From Spirochaetia bacterium (GTDB lineage Bacteria > Spirochaetota > Spirochaetia > DSM-2461): a DNA stretch of 64,000 bases. The position numbers and the translations under genes were made by a program. The DNA lies in assembly GCA_963666985.2 (NCBI GenBank), contig CAXXIA010000001.1:160001-224000 (forward strand), written 5' to 3'. The notes beneath the pieces were generated by a model that saw nothing but the letters and a program-made list of their open reading frames with translations, searched no databases and had not been told where the DNA came from. Below, piece by piece: positions 1-9,551 of this stretch; positions within the stretch are counted from its first letter, which is position 1; each line of letters starts with the position of its first letter.

Positions 1-3000
1 TTCTTATTCTCCTTTTGGTGGCGATAGCGCTGTTTCTTTTCCGCAGACTGGATAAAACCGGAAGATCCCTGGAAAAAGTGCGGCGCTATGCCGAAAAATC
101 TAAGGGTGATTTGGACGCCATAGTCCGTGAGCGTGAATTGGGACTGAAGGATTTGGCCGTCGATCTGGAAGTACAGGAAAAAACCAATAGGGAAATATTG
201 GCGAGAGCCGATGCCGCGCGCGAGGAAATCCTTTCCCGCGCGGAGGAGTTGGAAGGCCGCGTGGAGCGTATCGAGGCGCATGAAAAGGCCTTGGACGATT
301 TGAACGACTTGGCTCTTCGCGTTGATGAGAATCTTTCACGGCTTCGGGATGAATCGGCGTATGTGGACGATGTCGGATTGCGGCTGAGCGAGGTTCGGTC
401 GCAGTTTTCGGCCATGGCGGAAAAAGATGCCGCGCGTTTTGAGGAATTCAGAAAATACTCCCTGGATGTTTTCGGGGAAGATTTAACGAAAATGAATTCG
501 GGTTTGGAGGAAACATCGCGGGAGCTTGCTTTGTTCCAGGAGACTTTGGAATCTCTTAATGCCCGAAGAGATGAAGCCGCGGGTGAAAAAATCAATGCTT
601 TCAGGGATGATTTGGAGAGCGTCGAAGAAGATTTTCGCGAACGTCTGAGGAAGGTCGCCGAGGAAGGTTCCCGCCTTGAAGATGAAGCGTTCACAGCTTT
701 AAACGAGAAAATCGATTCGCGTTCCAGTCGGCTGGAGGAAAATTGGATGGGCGGCCTGAACGAGCTGAGGGACCGAGTTTCGACCGCCGCAGCCGAAATC
801 CAGGAATCACTTTCCGATGCAAAATCGGCCATGGATCTTTGGGAAGCTGAGGGCTCCGAGCGAATAGAAAAAAACCGCAATGACTTCGACAGCATGGAAA
901 ACAGGCTCATGGAGGTTTCCGCGCAGTTGGAATCCGATATCTCCGCGTTTGAATCCCGACTGGACGGCGATATTGAAAATTTGAATCACCGTTTGAATTC
1001 GCTTATTGATAAAAAAGAAACGGATCTGCTTGAATCCGTGGAAATCAGACAAAACGAGTACCGCAAGACCGTCGAGGACCGATTCGAAAATATCGAAGGG
1101 TTCATAAAAGACATGGACGCGGTTGCTGAAAGTCTAAAGATTTCGCAGAAGAACCTTCTGAAAGAAGTGGACGAAGTTTTTGTAACCTTCGACGGCGAGA
1201 TGACCCGGCGCAGGGAGTTGGAAAAGGCCTCGCTTGATGAAGAAGCATCTTCCTTGAAGCGGGAAATGGAAGATTTGGAGCGCGGCCTCGATGAACTGAA
1301 AGCCCGGGCTTACGACAATGTATCGGAGAAGCTTCAGGTTTTTGAGGATGATTTCTTCGCCGACTTGAAGAATCGCGACGAACAGATCCGGGCGGCTTTC
1401 GATGAATGGAGAAACGGCGCCGAAGAGGAAATGGCCGAACTGGCCCTGAAGGCGGGCCGGGAAAGGGAGGAGACCGAACGGCGGTATTCCACCGAACTGA
1501 AGCAGAAACTGACCGAACTTCAGACCAGAATTTTGGGACAGTTTGAAGCATTCCAGGATCAAGTGGACGCTTTCCGGGAGTCTTCCACGTCCCGTATTCG
1601 AAGCGCCGAAGACGACTTAACGACTTTCAGAGGAGAACTTTCCACCCGAATCGCCGCGGAAAGAAGCACCGCTTTCGAGGAGTTCTCCAAAACGTTCGAA
1701 GCTTTTGAAAAACAAACCACCGAGAGATTCGCCAAGGCCGACAAGGTTATTTCTCAGAGACTCTCCGGTTTCTCCGGCGATATCGAATCGCGAAGCAAGG
1801 AACTGGCCGCCGATGTCCAGGCCGCCAGAGATGAGAATGCCGAATGGAGAGAACGTCTTACCGCGCAAACGGAAGAAGCCTCACGCGCCGCCCGGGAAGG
1901 CATGGAGACAATTAAATCCGATATCGCCGCGAGAATCGCGGAACTTCGGGATGAATATTCGGGACGCACCGAACAGCTCATTCTCGAATCCGGAGAAGAA
2001 AGAGCTTCTCTGCGCCGGGAAATCGCGGCCCTGGAGGAATCCTTGGTCCATGTGTCTTCGGAACTGACCGAGAAATCACGGGACAGCTTGGATGCTCTCA
2101 AGGAACAGAGTGAGAGCTTCCTTCTTGAATTCAGGAAAAATACCCGCGAGGCGCGTGATGAAGTGGAACGCAAAATCAAAGATTTGCGTCAGTCGGTCCA
2201 GGAATCCAGGGAAAGGGCCGAAGCCAACAGGAAGGAAATGGCGGCCCATACCGACACCGAATATGCCCGTCTTATGAGAAATCTGGACGAAATCGACAAA
2301 AGGCAGCGTGAGTTCATCGCCGAAACCAGGATTTTTGAGCGGGCCGATGAAATGAAACAGCAGCTTGAGGCGGATATCGCCGAACTTGCGAAGCAGCTGG
2401 ACGCCGTCGGGGCCGGACGGGAGGAAATCCGATCCGTCAACGCCGAATATGAGAAGGCCGTGGGACTCTACGACGAGGTGAGCGGCAAACTGGCGCGTTT
2501 CCTCTCGGAACAGCAGAAGGTGGAGAACCTCGAAGGAAAGATCGCCCGAATCGGCAGTCTTTCGGAGTCCGTGGATCTGAAGCTGGATCGAGTGACTGAG
2601 TCCAACGACACCCTGCAGGATCTTATGGTCCGCCTCAAACAGCTGGAAGATCTTCACGAAGATTTGGGAATCCGATATGAGCGTCTTTCGGAAAAATCGA
2701 ATGTGCTTGATGCGGCAACCGACGGCATTGATAAGAATTTCGAGCGTATGAACCGCATCGAAGACATTCTTAAGGACGTTGCCGAGCGAATACTTCCTTT
2801 GAGGGACGAATTGGACGGCATCGAGCGCAAGCAGTCCGAGGTTTTCGAAGAACGGGAGAAAATGCAGACCGCTCTGGATAAAATCGTGGTGATCGATTCC
2901 ACCCTTAATGAGCTGGATGCACGGATAGACGACTTAACGAAAGCCAGAAAATGGCTTGCCGGAATCGAAACCCGCTTGGAAGAGATCAACGCCGACGCGC

Positions 3001-3209
3001 AGCAGCATATTCGTCTTTTGGGGAGTCTTTCGGAACGGGACGGGAAGCGAAAAAAGAGCGCCGCCGGTTCTCCGGATATGAGTACGCGCGATATGGTGGT
3101 TAAGCTTGCCAGAGAAGGCTGGAGCAGTGAAGAGATATCCAGAACGACCAAACTCAGTCTTGGGGAAGTGGAACTGATTCTGGAAATTACTCCCCGGAAC
3201 AATGTGTAG
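1..3209 (+). CDS. Large spirochaete coiled-coil protein (SpiroCoCo-like), 5'-partial
   Basis: Frame is open from the window start (hydrophobic LILLLVAIALFLF). Over 1000 aa of E/K/R-rich heptad coiled coil follow, ending in an HTH-like tail VVKLAREGWSSEEISRTTKLSLGEVELILE. Confidence 0.75.
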   Translation, partial: LILLLVAIALFLFRRLDKTGRSLEKVRRYAEKSKGDLDAIVRERELGLKDLAVDLEVQEKTNREILARADAAREEILSRAEELEGRVERIEAHEKALDDLNDLALRVDENLSRLRDESAYVDDVGLRLSEVRSQFSAMAEKDAARFEEFRKYSLDVFGEDLTKMNSGLEETSRELALFQETLESLNARRDEAAGEKINAFRDDLESVEEDFRERLRKVAEEGSRLEDEAFTALNEKIDSRSSRLEENWMGGLNELRDRVSTAAAEIQESLSDAKSAMDLWEAEGSERIEKNRNDFDSMENRLMEVSAQLESDISAFESRLDGDIENLNHRLNSLIDKKETDLLESVEIRQNEYRKTVEDRFENIEGFIKDMDAVAESLKISQKNLLKEVDEVFVTFDGEMTRRRELEKASLDEEASSLKREMEDLERGLDELKARAYDNVSEKLQVFEDDFFADLKNRDEQIRAAFDEWRNGAEEEMAELALKAGREREETERRYSTELKQKLTELQTRILGQFEAFQDQVDAFRESSTSRIRSAEDDLTTFRGELSTRIAAERSTAFEEFSKTFEAFEKQTTERFAKADKVISQRLSGFSGDIESRSKELAADVQAARDENAEWRERLTAQTEEASRAAREGMETIKSDIAARIAELRDEYSGRTEQLILESGEERASLRREIAALEESLVHVSSELTEKSRDSLDALKEQSESFLLEFRKNTREARDEVERKIKDLRQSVQESRERAEANRKEMAAHTDTEYARLMRNLDEIDKRQREFIAETRIFERADEMKQQLEADIAELAKQLDAVGAGREEIRSVNAEYEKAVGLYDEVSGKLARFLSEQQKVENLEGKIARIGSLSESVDLKLDRVTESNDTLQDLMVRLKQLEDLHEDLGIRYERLSEKSNVLDAATDGIDKNFERMNRIEDILKDVAERILPLRDELDGIERKQSEVFEEREKMQTALDKIVVIDSTLNELDARIDDLTKARKWLAGIETRLEEINADAQQHIRLLGSLSERDGKRKKSAAGSPDMSTRDMVVKLAREGWSSEEISRTTKLSLGEVELILEITPRNNV

Positions 3210-3221
3210 TCCGGTTCTCTC

Positions 3222-4022
3222 GTGAACGAACGGTATCGAGCCGATTTTTATCTTTTTCGCGGTTTCCTTATGGGAATGGGAACGTTCCGGGATCGAAAAG
3301 TCGCTTCACACGGCACCATGAAGCTGATTTTCGGCATCAATCGTCCTTTCAAAATCAGACTGGACGAACGCTGGTATGGCGTACGGACGGCATTGGTCGA
3401 TGAACATGTCGATCACTACATCAACGGGGAAGGGGACTGGCAGATTGTCCTCTGGATAAACGGTGACACATCTTTGGGGACCGCGCTGAAAATCCGGTCT
3501 TTGAAGGGCCGAAAATGGGCTTTGCATAACGCTAAGGTGCCCCGGTCGCTGAACGATGTAATACAGACCGCCGGTGATGAGCCCGATCCTCAAGGTGCCC
3601 TGGTTCTTGCCGAGACCCTGATTCGCGTGTACGGCGGAATCAAAGGGGTCCCCGCGAATTGGGATGATCATGTCAAAAGAGCGGTCGAAGAGGTTGATGC
3701 GAATCCCGGCGTCTGGAGCGGACAATCGCTCTCCGCGTTCTTCAGCCGGCCTTTCGCCGAGCTGAACGCCGATTTCAAGCGTGTAGCGGGTATCGGTTTG
3801 GATGATTATATTCATAACCGTAAATGGGCGGCCTACCTCGGATTCCGGCAATCGGGCATCGATAGACGGGCGGCTTTGGAAGCGGCCGGTCTTCCGGGCT
3901 GGGAAGGATTAAAAGAGAGCTTTGAATCCCGGTTCGGTTTGGATTTAAACGTTCTGGAGGAAACCCTTCCTTTCGTAGGTGTTTATGAGGGATGGGAATC
4001 GGGGCCGATTTTATATCTTTGA
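3222..4022 (+). CDS. Divergent AraC-family-like protein
   Basis: N-terminal cupin-like region. C-terminus (FKRVAGIGLDDY...AALEAAGL...FESRFGL) has AraC double-HTH spacing but is degenerate. Confidence 0.5.
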   Translation: MNERYRADFYLFRGFLMGMGTFRDRKVASHGTMKLIFGINRPFKIRLDERWYGVRTALVDEHVDHYINGEGDWQIVLWINGDTSLGTALKIRSLKGRKWALHNAKVPRSLNDVIQTAGDEPDPQGALVLAETLIRVYGGIKGVPANWDDHVKRAVEEVDANPGVWSGQSLSAFFSRPFAELNADFKRVAGIGLDDYIHNRKWAAYLGFRQSGIDRRAALEAAGLPGWEGLKESFESRFGLDLNVLEETLPFVGVYEGWESGPILYL

Positions 4023-4199
4023 TCGGTTTTCCCTCCATTTCCGCCTGATGCCGCTTCCAGCTCGAAAGCATCGACTCCTCGATCCGTTTTATCTGTAAAT
4101 TTGCATTCTCAGATAAAACGCAATAGGATTTCATGGGGCATATGCCTGTAGACGGATACTGAATTACGCCTCTTTATTTTCATTTCGGGAGGCAGAAAG

Positions 4200-4643
4200 A
4201 TGCTGATCAAAGACGTGCTGCGGCAAAAAGGCTATGACATCGCTACCGTTGACGCGAACGCGTCGTCGCTTGAGGCCCTTCAGATGTTCAACCAAAAGCA
4301 CATCGGTTCTCTTCTTGTAACCGATAACGACGGCTCACTGACCGGGATTCTTTCGGAGCGGGATATTCTCAGCCGTTTTGCGCAGGTGGCCGACGGCATA
4401 ACCGTCGGACGAATCATGACGCCGCGCGCCGACATCATCGTTGCACAGAGCGGCGACACCATCGAATCTGCCATGTCGGTCATGACCGAACATCGTGTCC
4501 GGCATCTGCCGGTATTGGAAGACGGCGAACTTGTCGGTGTGGTTTCCATCGGTGATCTTCTCAAAGCGGTTTTAAGCGACCTGGAATTTGAAACGAAGCT
4601 CTTGGAGGACTATATCGCCGGATCTCAAGCGATTATCCACTAG
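4200..4643 (+). CDS. CBS domain-pair protein
   Basis: GILSERDI and RVRHLPVLEDGELVGVVSIGDLLK motifs; GGAGG RBS upstream. Confidence 0.92.
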   Translation: MLIKDVLRQKGYDIATVDANASSLEALQMFNQKHIGSLLVTDNDGSLTGILSERDILSRFAQVADGITVGRIMTPRADIIVAQSGDTIESAMSVMTEHRVRHLPVLEDGELVGVVSIGDLLKAVLSDLEFETKLLEDYIAGSQAIIH

Positions 4644-4874
4644 CCGGCCGCCGAGAAAGACTTGCTGTTTCGCATGGCGAAAGATCATGGCGAACGCCCG
4701 AACAGAAATCCCTCGGGCGTTTCTTTTCCCCGCCGAACAGCCGTATTGACCAGAACCCGTCATGGTTTCCGTCTTGCCGCGGTCCGCTCTCCGGTACGCT
4801 CCAGAGTGCGGTACTATCCCGTTTGCGGTGTCATAAAAGTTTTTTGGAAACGATTATATTCTTCGGAAAGAAAC

Positions 4875-5177
4875 TTATATTTCGCGGATATCCTTCAGGA
4901 GTTCCTCGGTTTCAAGATTATCTTCAAGCCGTTTGAGGGTTTTCAGGCTGCGGGACATGAGTTCGCCTGTTCTTGCGGTCATTTCCACAAGATGTGCCAG
5001 AAGTTCTTCCTGTTTGACAAGTTCCCGATTCTGCTCTTCCAGGCTTTCTATGCGTTCGGCCTGTTCCTTCAGCGCTTCGAGAATAGGATTAAAACCAGTA
5101 TCCTCACTGTTGTCCTCGAAAACGAGAAAGGTGCTGACTTGTCCGTTCATGTAAACCTTACGAATCATTACTCGCAT
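4875..5177 (-). CDS. Hypothetical small coiled-coil protein
   Basis: ORF fills the gap divergent from grpE; E/L-rich heptad pattern; start uncertain (5204 or 5177). Confidence 0.55.
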   Translation of the reverse strand: MRVMIRKVYMNGQVSTFLVFEDNSEDTGFNPILEALKEQAERIESLEEQNRELVKQEELLAHLVEMTARTGELMSRSLKTLKRLEDNLETEELLKDIREI

Positions 5178-5276
5178 TTTAGTGCGCTTCGTCAACAACG
5201 ACAATCAATTTTCTTAATGGAAGCGACGTTTTTTTCCGATAATGCTTTTTCTCCCGTAATCCGGCGGGATTTTTTC

Positions 5277-5306
5277 TTGACCCTAATTTCTGCCCGTTAG
5301 TATTTT
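5277..5306 (+). promoter_or_regulatory. Putative sigma70 promoter of grpE-dnaK-dnaJ
   Basis: TTGACC at 5277-5282, then TAGTAT/TATTTT at 5298-5306. Confidence 0.45.
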
Positions 5307-5354
5307 TATGACGAAAGAACAACAAAAGAATAAATATTCTGGTTACGAGGGAAT

Positions 5355-5969
5355 ATGAGCCGCGATAAAGAAAACATGGAGACGGCGGAAGAAGAAAAAG
5401 CGTTTTCTGAGCCGAATGATGTAAAAACAGAGAATCTCAATGAAGAAGTCGAATCGGAAGACAATGACGATGCGGCTGAAGAAGTCGAGAAGAGCATTGA
5501 TGATCTGGAAACGGAAATTGCCGATCTGAAAGAGAAAATCCTGAGGATGGCTGCGGAGAATCAGAACACCCGAAAGCGTTTGGTCCGCCAGCAGCAGGAT
5601 GCGTATAAGTTCAGGCACCAGGACATCCTGAGAGATTTGGTCGAGATAATCGACAACTTTGAGAGGGCCATCGAATCTTCGTCCGAGTCCAAGGATTTCG
5701 ATACTTTTCATGAAGGCATCCTTATGATAGAGAAGCAATTCTCGGGCATGCTCGCTGAAAAGTACGGACTGGAGAAATTCGGCGCCGATGGTGAAGTTTT
5801 CGATCCTTCCGCGCATGAGGCGATGATGATGGAAGAATCTTCGGAGATTGAAACCGAGACGGTGAAACAAGTTTTTCAGGCGGGATATCGTCTTCATGAC
5901 AGAATATTGCGTCCGGCGAAGGTTGTTGTAATGAAACCCGCATTGAGCGCTGAAAAAAGCGAAGAATAA
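5355..5969 (+). CDS. grpE: Nucleotide exchange factor GrpE
   Basis: RMAAENQNTRKR, IIDNFERA, FDPSAHEA, GYRLHDRILRPAKVVV; upstream of dnaK. Confidence 0.97.
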   Translation: MSRDKENMETAEEEKAFSEPNDVKTENLNEEVESEDNDDAAEEVEKSIDDLETEIADLKEKILRMAAENQNTRKRLVRQQQDAYKFRHQDILRDLVEIIDNFERAIESSSESKDFDTFHEGILMIEKQFSGMLAEKYGLEKFGADGEVFDPSAHEAMMMEESSEIETETVKQVFQAGYRLHDRILRPAKVVVMKPALSAEKSEE

Positions 5970-5987
5970 GGAGCTAGGAGAAAACAT

Positions 5988-7916
5988 ATGGGCAAAATAA
6001 TCGGTATTGATTTAGGAACTACAAACTCTTGCGTTGCCGTGATGGAAGGCAGCGAATCCATTGTTATCCAGAACGAGGAAGGTGCGCGCACCACGCCGTC
6101 GATGGTTGCTTTTACCGATAAAGACGATCGTCTGGTGGGGCAAACGGCCAAAAACCAGATGGTGACGAACCCCGAGAATACCATTTACTCCATTAAAAGG
6201 TTTATGGGACGTCGCTACGGCGAGGTGAGCGAAGAAATGAAGATGGTTCCCTATAAAGTCGTCAAGGGAGCCAATGACGTTGTTCAGGTGGACATTAAAG
6301 GGAAGCACTATTCCCCGCCTGAAATCTCCGCGGCGATTCTTCAGAAAATGAAAAAGACCGCCGAGGATTATTTGGGAGAAACGGTTACCGAGGCAATCGT
6401 TACCGTCCCGGCCTATTTTAACGACGCCCAGAGGCAGGCTACCAAGGATGCCGGCAAAATCGCCGGACTTGAGGTTAAGCGTATCATCAACGAGCCCACG
6501 GCCGCGGCTTTGGCGTACGGTATCGGCAAGCATGATAAGGAAGAAAAGATCGCGGTCTACGACTTGGGCGGCGGTACTTTCGATATCTCCATTCTTGATT
6601 TGGGAGACGGCGTTTTCGAAGTCCGTTCCACCAACGGTGATACCCATCTCGGAGGAGACGACTTTGATCAGAAGATCATCGACTGGCTGGTAGCTGAGTT
6701 TAAGAAAGATCAGGGGATTGACCTTTCCAAAGACAGAATGGCTCTTCAGCGCCTCAAGGAAGCCGCGGAGAAAGCCAAGAAAGAGCTCTCGGGAACTCAG
6801 TCTTCCGATATCAATTTGCCGTTTATTACAGCGGACGCTTCGGGCCCCAAGCACCTTCAGTATACTCTCAGCCGGTCGAAATTCGATCAGATGACTTCCG
6901 ATTTGGTGGAAAGAACCAAACAGCCTTGTATTCAGGCCCTTAAGGATGCCGGATACAGCGCGTCGGACATTGATGAGGTAATCCTTGTCGGCGGATCCAC
7001 ACGTATTCCCGCCGTTCAGGAAGCGGTGAAGAAACTCTTCGGTAAAGAACCCCACAGAGGAGTGAACCCCGATGAGGTCGTGGCCATGGGTGCGGCTATC
7101 CAGGGCGGTGTATTAGGCGGTGATGTCAACGACGTTCTTCTGCTGGATGTTACACCTCTTTCTCTGGGTATCGAGACGTTGGGCGGTGTGTTTACCAAGC
7201 TTATCGAGAAAAACACGACCATCCCCACGAAGAAGAGTCAGGTATTCTCCACGGCAGCCGATAATCAGCCGGCCGTGTCGATTCATGTTCTTCAAGGCGA
7301 ACGTGAAATGGCCGCGCACAACCGGACATTGGGCCGTTTTGAACTGACCGGCATCCCGCCGGCGCCGCGAGGCGTTCCTCAGATCGAGGTAACCTTCGAT
7401 ATCGACGCCAACGGTATCGTTCATGTGTCCGCCAAAGACATGGGAACCGGTAAAGAGCAGAAAATCCGTATCGAATCCTCAAGCGGTCTTTCCGAGCAGG
7501 AAATTGATCGCATGGTGAAGGAAGCCGAAGCCAACGCCGACGCGGATAAAGCCGCCAAAGAGAAGGCGGAGATTCTCAACAATGCCGACTCGCTGGTTTA
7601 TCAGTCCGAAAAGGCTTTGAAGGATTACGGCGACAAAGTAAGCTCCGGTGAAAAATCCGCCATTAAAGATGCGATCGCCAATCTTAAATCCGCAATTGAG
7701 GCGGGGGATTCGGACGATATCAAACAAAAAACCGAAGCCCTGGCGCAGGCCTCTCAAAAGCTTGCCGAGGAAATGTACAAGTCTCAAGCTTCCGAAGGAG
7801 CCTCCGGTTCCGAAAACGAAGAGGCTTCAGGATCTGATGACTCCGATGAAGGCGGTTCTCAGCGGTCCGGTGATGTCGAGGATGCCGATTACGAAGTCGT
7901 CGACGACGATAAATAG
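5988..7916 (+). CDS. dnaK: Chaperone DnaK (Hsp70)
   Basis: [39 protein letters not shown]. Confidence 0.99.
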   Translation: MGKIIGIDLGTTNSCVAVMEGSESIVIQNEEGARTTPSMVAFTDKDDRLVGQTAKNQMVTNPENTIYSIKRFMGRRYGEVSEEMKMVPYKVVKGANDVVQVDIKGKHYSPPEISAAILQKMKKTAEDYLGETVTEAIVTVPAYFNDAQRQATKDAGKIAGLEVKRIINEPTAAALAYGIGKHDKEEKIAVYDLGGGTFDISILDLGDGVFEVRSTNGDTHLGGDDFDQKIIDWLVAEFKKDQGIDLSKDRMALQRLKEAAEKAKKELSGTQSSDINLPFITADASGPKHLQYTLSRSKFDQMTSDLVERTKQPCIQALKDAGYSASDIDEVILVGGSTRIPAVQEAVKKLFGKEPHRGVNPDEVVAMGAAIQGGVLGGDVNDVLLLDVTPLSLGIETLGGVFTKLIEKNTTIPTKKSQVFSTAADNQPAVSIHVLQGEREMAAHNRTLGRFELTGIPPAPRGVPQIEVTFDIDANGIVHVSAKDMGTGKEQKIRIESSSGLSEQEIDRMVKEAEANADADKAAKEKAEILNNADSLVYQSEKALKDYGDKVSSGEKSAIKDAIANLKSAIEAGDSDDIKQKTEALAQASQKLAEEMYKSQASEGASGSENEEASGSDDSDEGGSQRSGDVEDADYEVVDDDK

Positions 7917-7927
7917 CAGGATTCTCC

Positions 7928-9046
7928 GTGTCGAAAAGGGATTATTATGAGGTTCTCGGCGTCGGAAAGGACGCCGGGGCCGATGAAATAAAAAAAGCTT
8001 ACCGAAAACTCGCGGTCAAATTTCATCCGGACAGGAATCAGGATAGTCCTGATGCGGAGGCGAAATTTAAAGAAGCGACCGAGGCCTACGAAGTGCTTTC
8101 CGACGAAAAAAAGCGTCAGGCCTACGATCAGTTCGGATTCGCCGGTGTGGACAACATGGGCGGACCTACGTTCAACGCTTCGGCTTTCAGAGGATTTGAG
8201 GATCTTTTCGGTGAGAATTTCGGCGGTTTCGGAGATATTTTCGAATCTTTCTTCGGGGGCGGCGGAGGAGGAAGAAGCCGTCGAGGCGGCCGATCCCGCG
8301 GCAGTGATTTACGCCATGACATCCGCATCGATTTCGAGCACGCCGTGTTCGGAAAAGAAGTGGAGATTGAATACGAACGGCTGAAAGCCTGCGACGAATG
8401 CCATGGTTCCGGAGGGGAAGGCGTCAGAACCTGTTCCCAATGCGGCGGTTCCGGCCAGGTCCGCCGGAACTCAGGCTTTTTTTCCATCGCGACCGCGTGC
8501 CCTGCCTGCGGAGGGGAGGGCACGGTCATCGACAATCCCTGCCGATCCTGCGGAGGCGCCGGTACGGTGCATTCCAAACAGAAACTGAAAGTTACCATAC
8601 CTCAAGGAATGGATCCCGACAGGCGGATCAGGCTTGAAGGTCAGGGAAACTTCGGATCCAAGGGAGCGCCTCCCGGGGATCTTTACGTTTATATTCATGT
8701 AAGGCCTCATCAGCATTTTGAACGACATGATTACGATCTTTATTGCGTTATTCCCATCTCCATGACGCAAGCCGCTCTCGGCGGTGAAATCTGGGTGAGA
8801 ACTCTGGATAAAAAACGCATCAAGCTTAAAGTTCCTTCGGGAACCCAAGACGGTAAAATGCTCCGCATCCGAGGCGAAGGCGTTCCTGTGCTCAATGCCG
8901 GCGGCCGCCGCGGGGATTTGTACGTGAAGCTCAAAGTGGAAGTTCCCGTTCGTCTTACAGGTAAGGAAAAGGACATTCTGAAACAGTTCTCCGACGTGCA
9001 TGGAGAGGTGGACGAACCCGCACCGGTGAAACTGAAGGATCTCTAG
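7928..9046 (+). CDS. dnaJ: Chaperone DnaJ
   Basis: J-domain with HPD, G/F-rich region, four CxxCxGxG repeats. Confidence 0.98.
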   Translation: MSKRDYYEVLGVGKDAGADEIKKAYRKLAVKFHPDRNQDSPDAEAKFKEATEAYEVLSDEKKRQAYDQFGFAGVDNMGGPTFNASAFRGFEDLFGENFGGFGDIFESFFGGGGGGRSRRGGRSRGSDLRHDIRIDFEHAVFGKEVEIEYERLKACDECHGSGGEGVRTCSQCGGSGQVRRNSGFFSIATACPACGGEGTVIDNPCRSCGGAGTVHSKQKLKVTIPQGMDPDRRIRLEGQGNFGSKGAPPGDLYVYIHVRPHQHFERHDYDLYCVIPISMTQAALGGEIWVRTLDKKRIKLKVPSGTQDGKMLRIRGEGVPVLNAGGRRGDLYVKLKVEVPVRLTGKEKDILKQFSDVHGEVDEPAPVKLKDL

Positions 9047-9048
9047 AA

Positions 9049-9144
9049 GGTCTATTTTGTTAAGAAATTGCAGAAGTTGCGTAGTATTGCGTAAGTGAAA
9101 CGGCAGCATACTCGGCAACTTCTTGTAATTTCATAAAATAGACC
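9049..9144. repeat. Long imperfect inverted repeat (~96 nt) directly after the dnaJ stop
   Basis: Nested pairs GGTCTATTTT/AAAATAGACC, GAAATTGCA/TGTAATTTC, AGAAGTTGC/GCAACTTCT, AGTAT/ATACT. Confidence 0.8.
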
Positions 9145-9158
9145 GAAGCTCGCATAAC

Positions 9159-9470
9159 GTTCCCATAAGGCCTAATTCGTAAAGAAACCTTTGAACTGCT
9201 CGCGGTTTGGATTAGCCAAACCGCTGTGCAGGCTCGCTATTTGACATAGTCAAACAGCTGTTGAGCGATGTCTCGTGAGAGCCTAAACAACTGCGTACCG
9301 CAAGGCGGAGCCTGAGGAACGTAGTGAGTAGGCGGAAACGGACTCAGTAAGCGGACTCGGCGATCATGGGGTCCTACCGCGGCAAGGCGAGGAACGATCC
9401 CGGCATGCGCAATGAAACGTACGATGGGCAATCCCGGCCGGAGAATACCTGGAAACGCGGCGAGCCTCGA
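9159..9470 (+). ncRNA. Structured non-coding element, probably the 5' part (domains I-III) of a group II-like intron without RT ORF
   Basis: Nested long-range helices CCCAT/ATGGG, GCCTA/TAGGC and CTGCGT/ACGTAG; several hairpins with GNRA-type loops; no credible ORF. Confidence 0.5.
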
Positions 9471-9551
9471 TCCTTTTGGAACGTGTTTCTATAAAAACTC
9501 ATTCTTTTTTCCGCGGGAAAATCATGCATACTTGAAGTCGAGAGGTACCCC

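Noticed and set aside
4662..5300. 212-aa plus-strand ORF before grpE, considered as hrcA
   Set aside because: No HrcA motifs, atypical composition, and it overlaps a more plausible minus-strand ORF
6012..7055. 347-aa antisense ORF inside dnaK
   Set aside because: Shadow ORF from codon bias; long antisense frames of dnaK are a known artefact
9159..9470. Identification as RNase P RNA, tmRNA, SRP or tRNA
   Set aside because: No GAGGAAAGTCC, no tRNA-like ends with CCA, and no SRP loop motif seen
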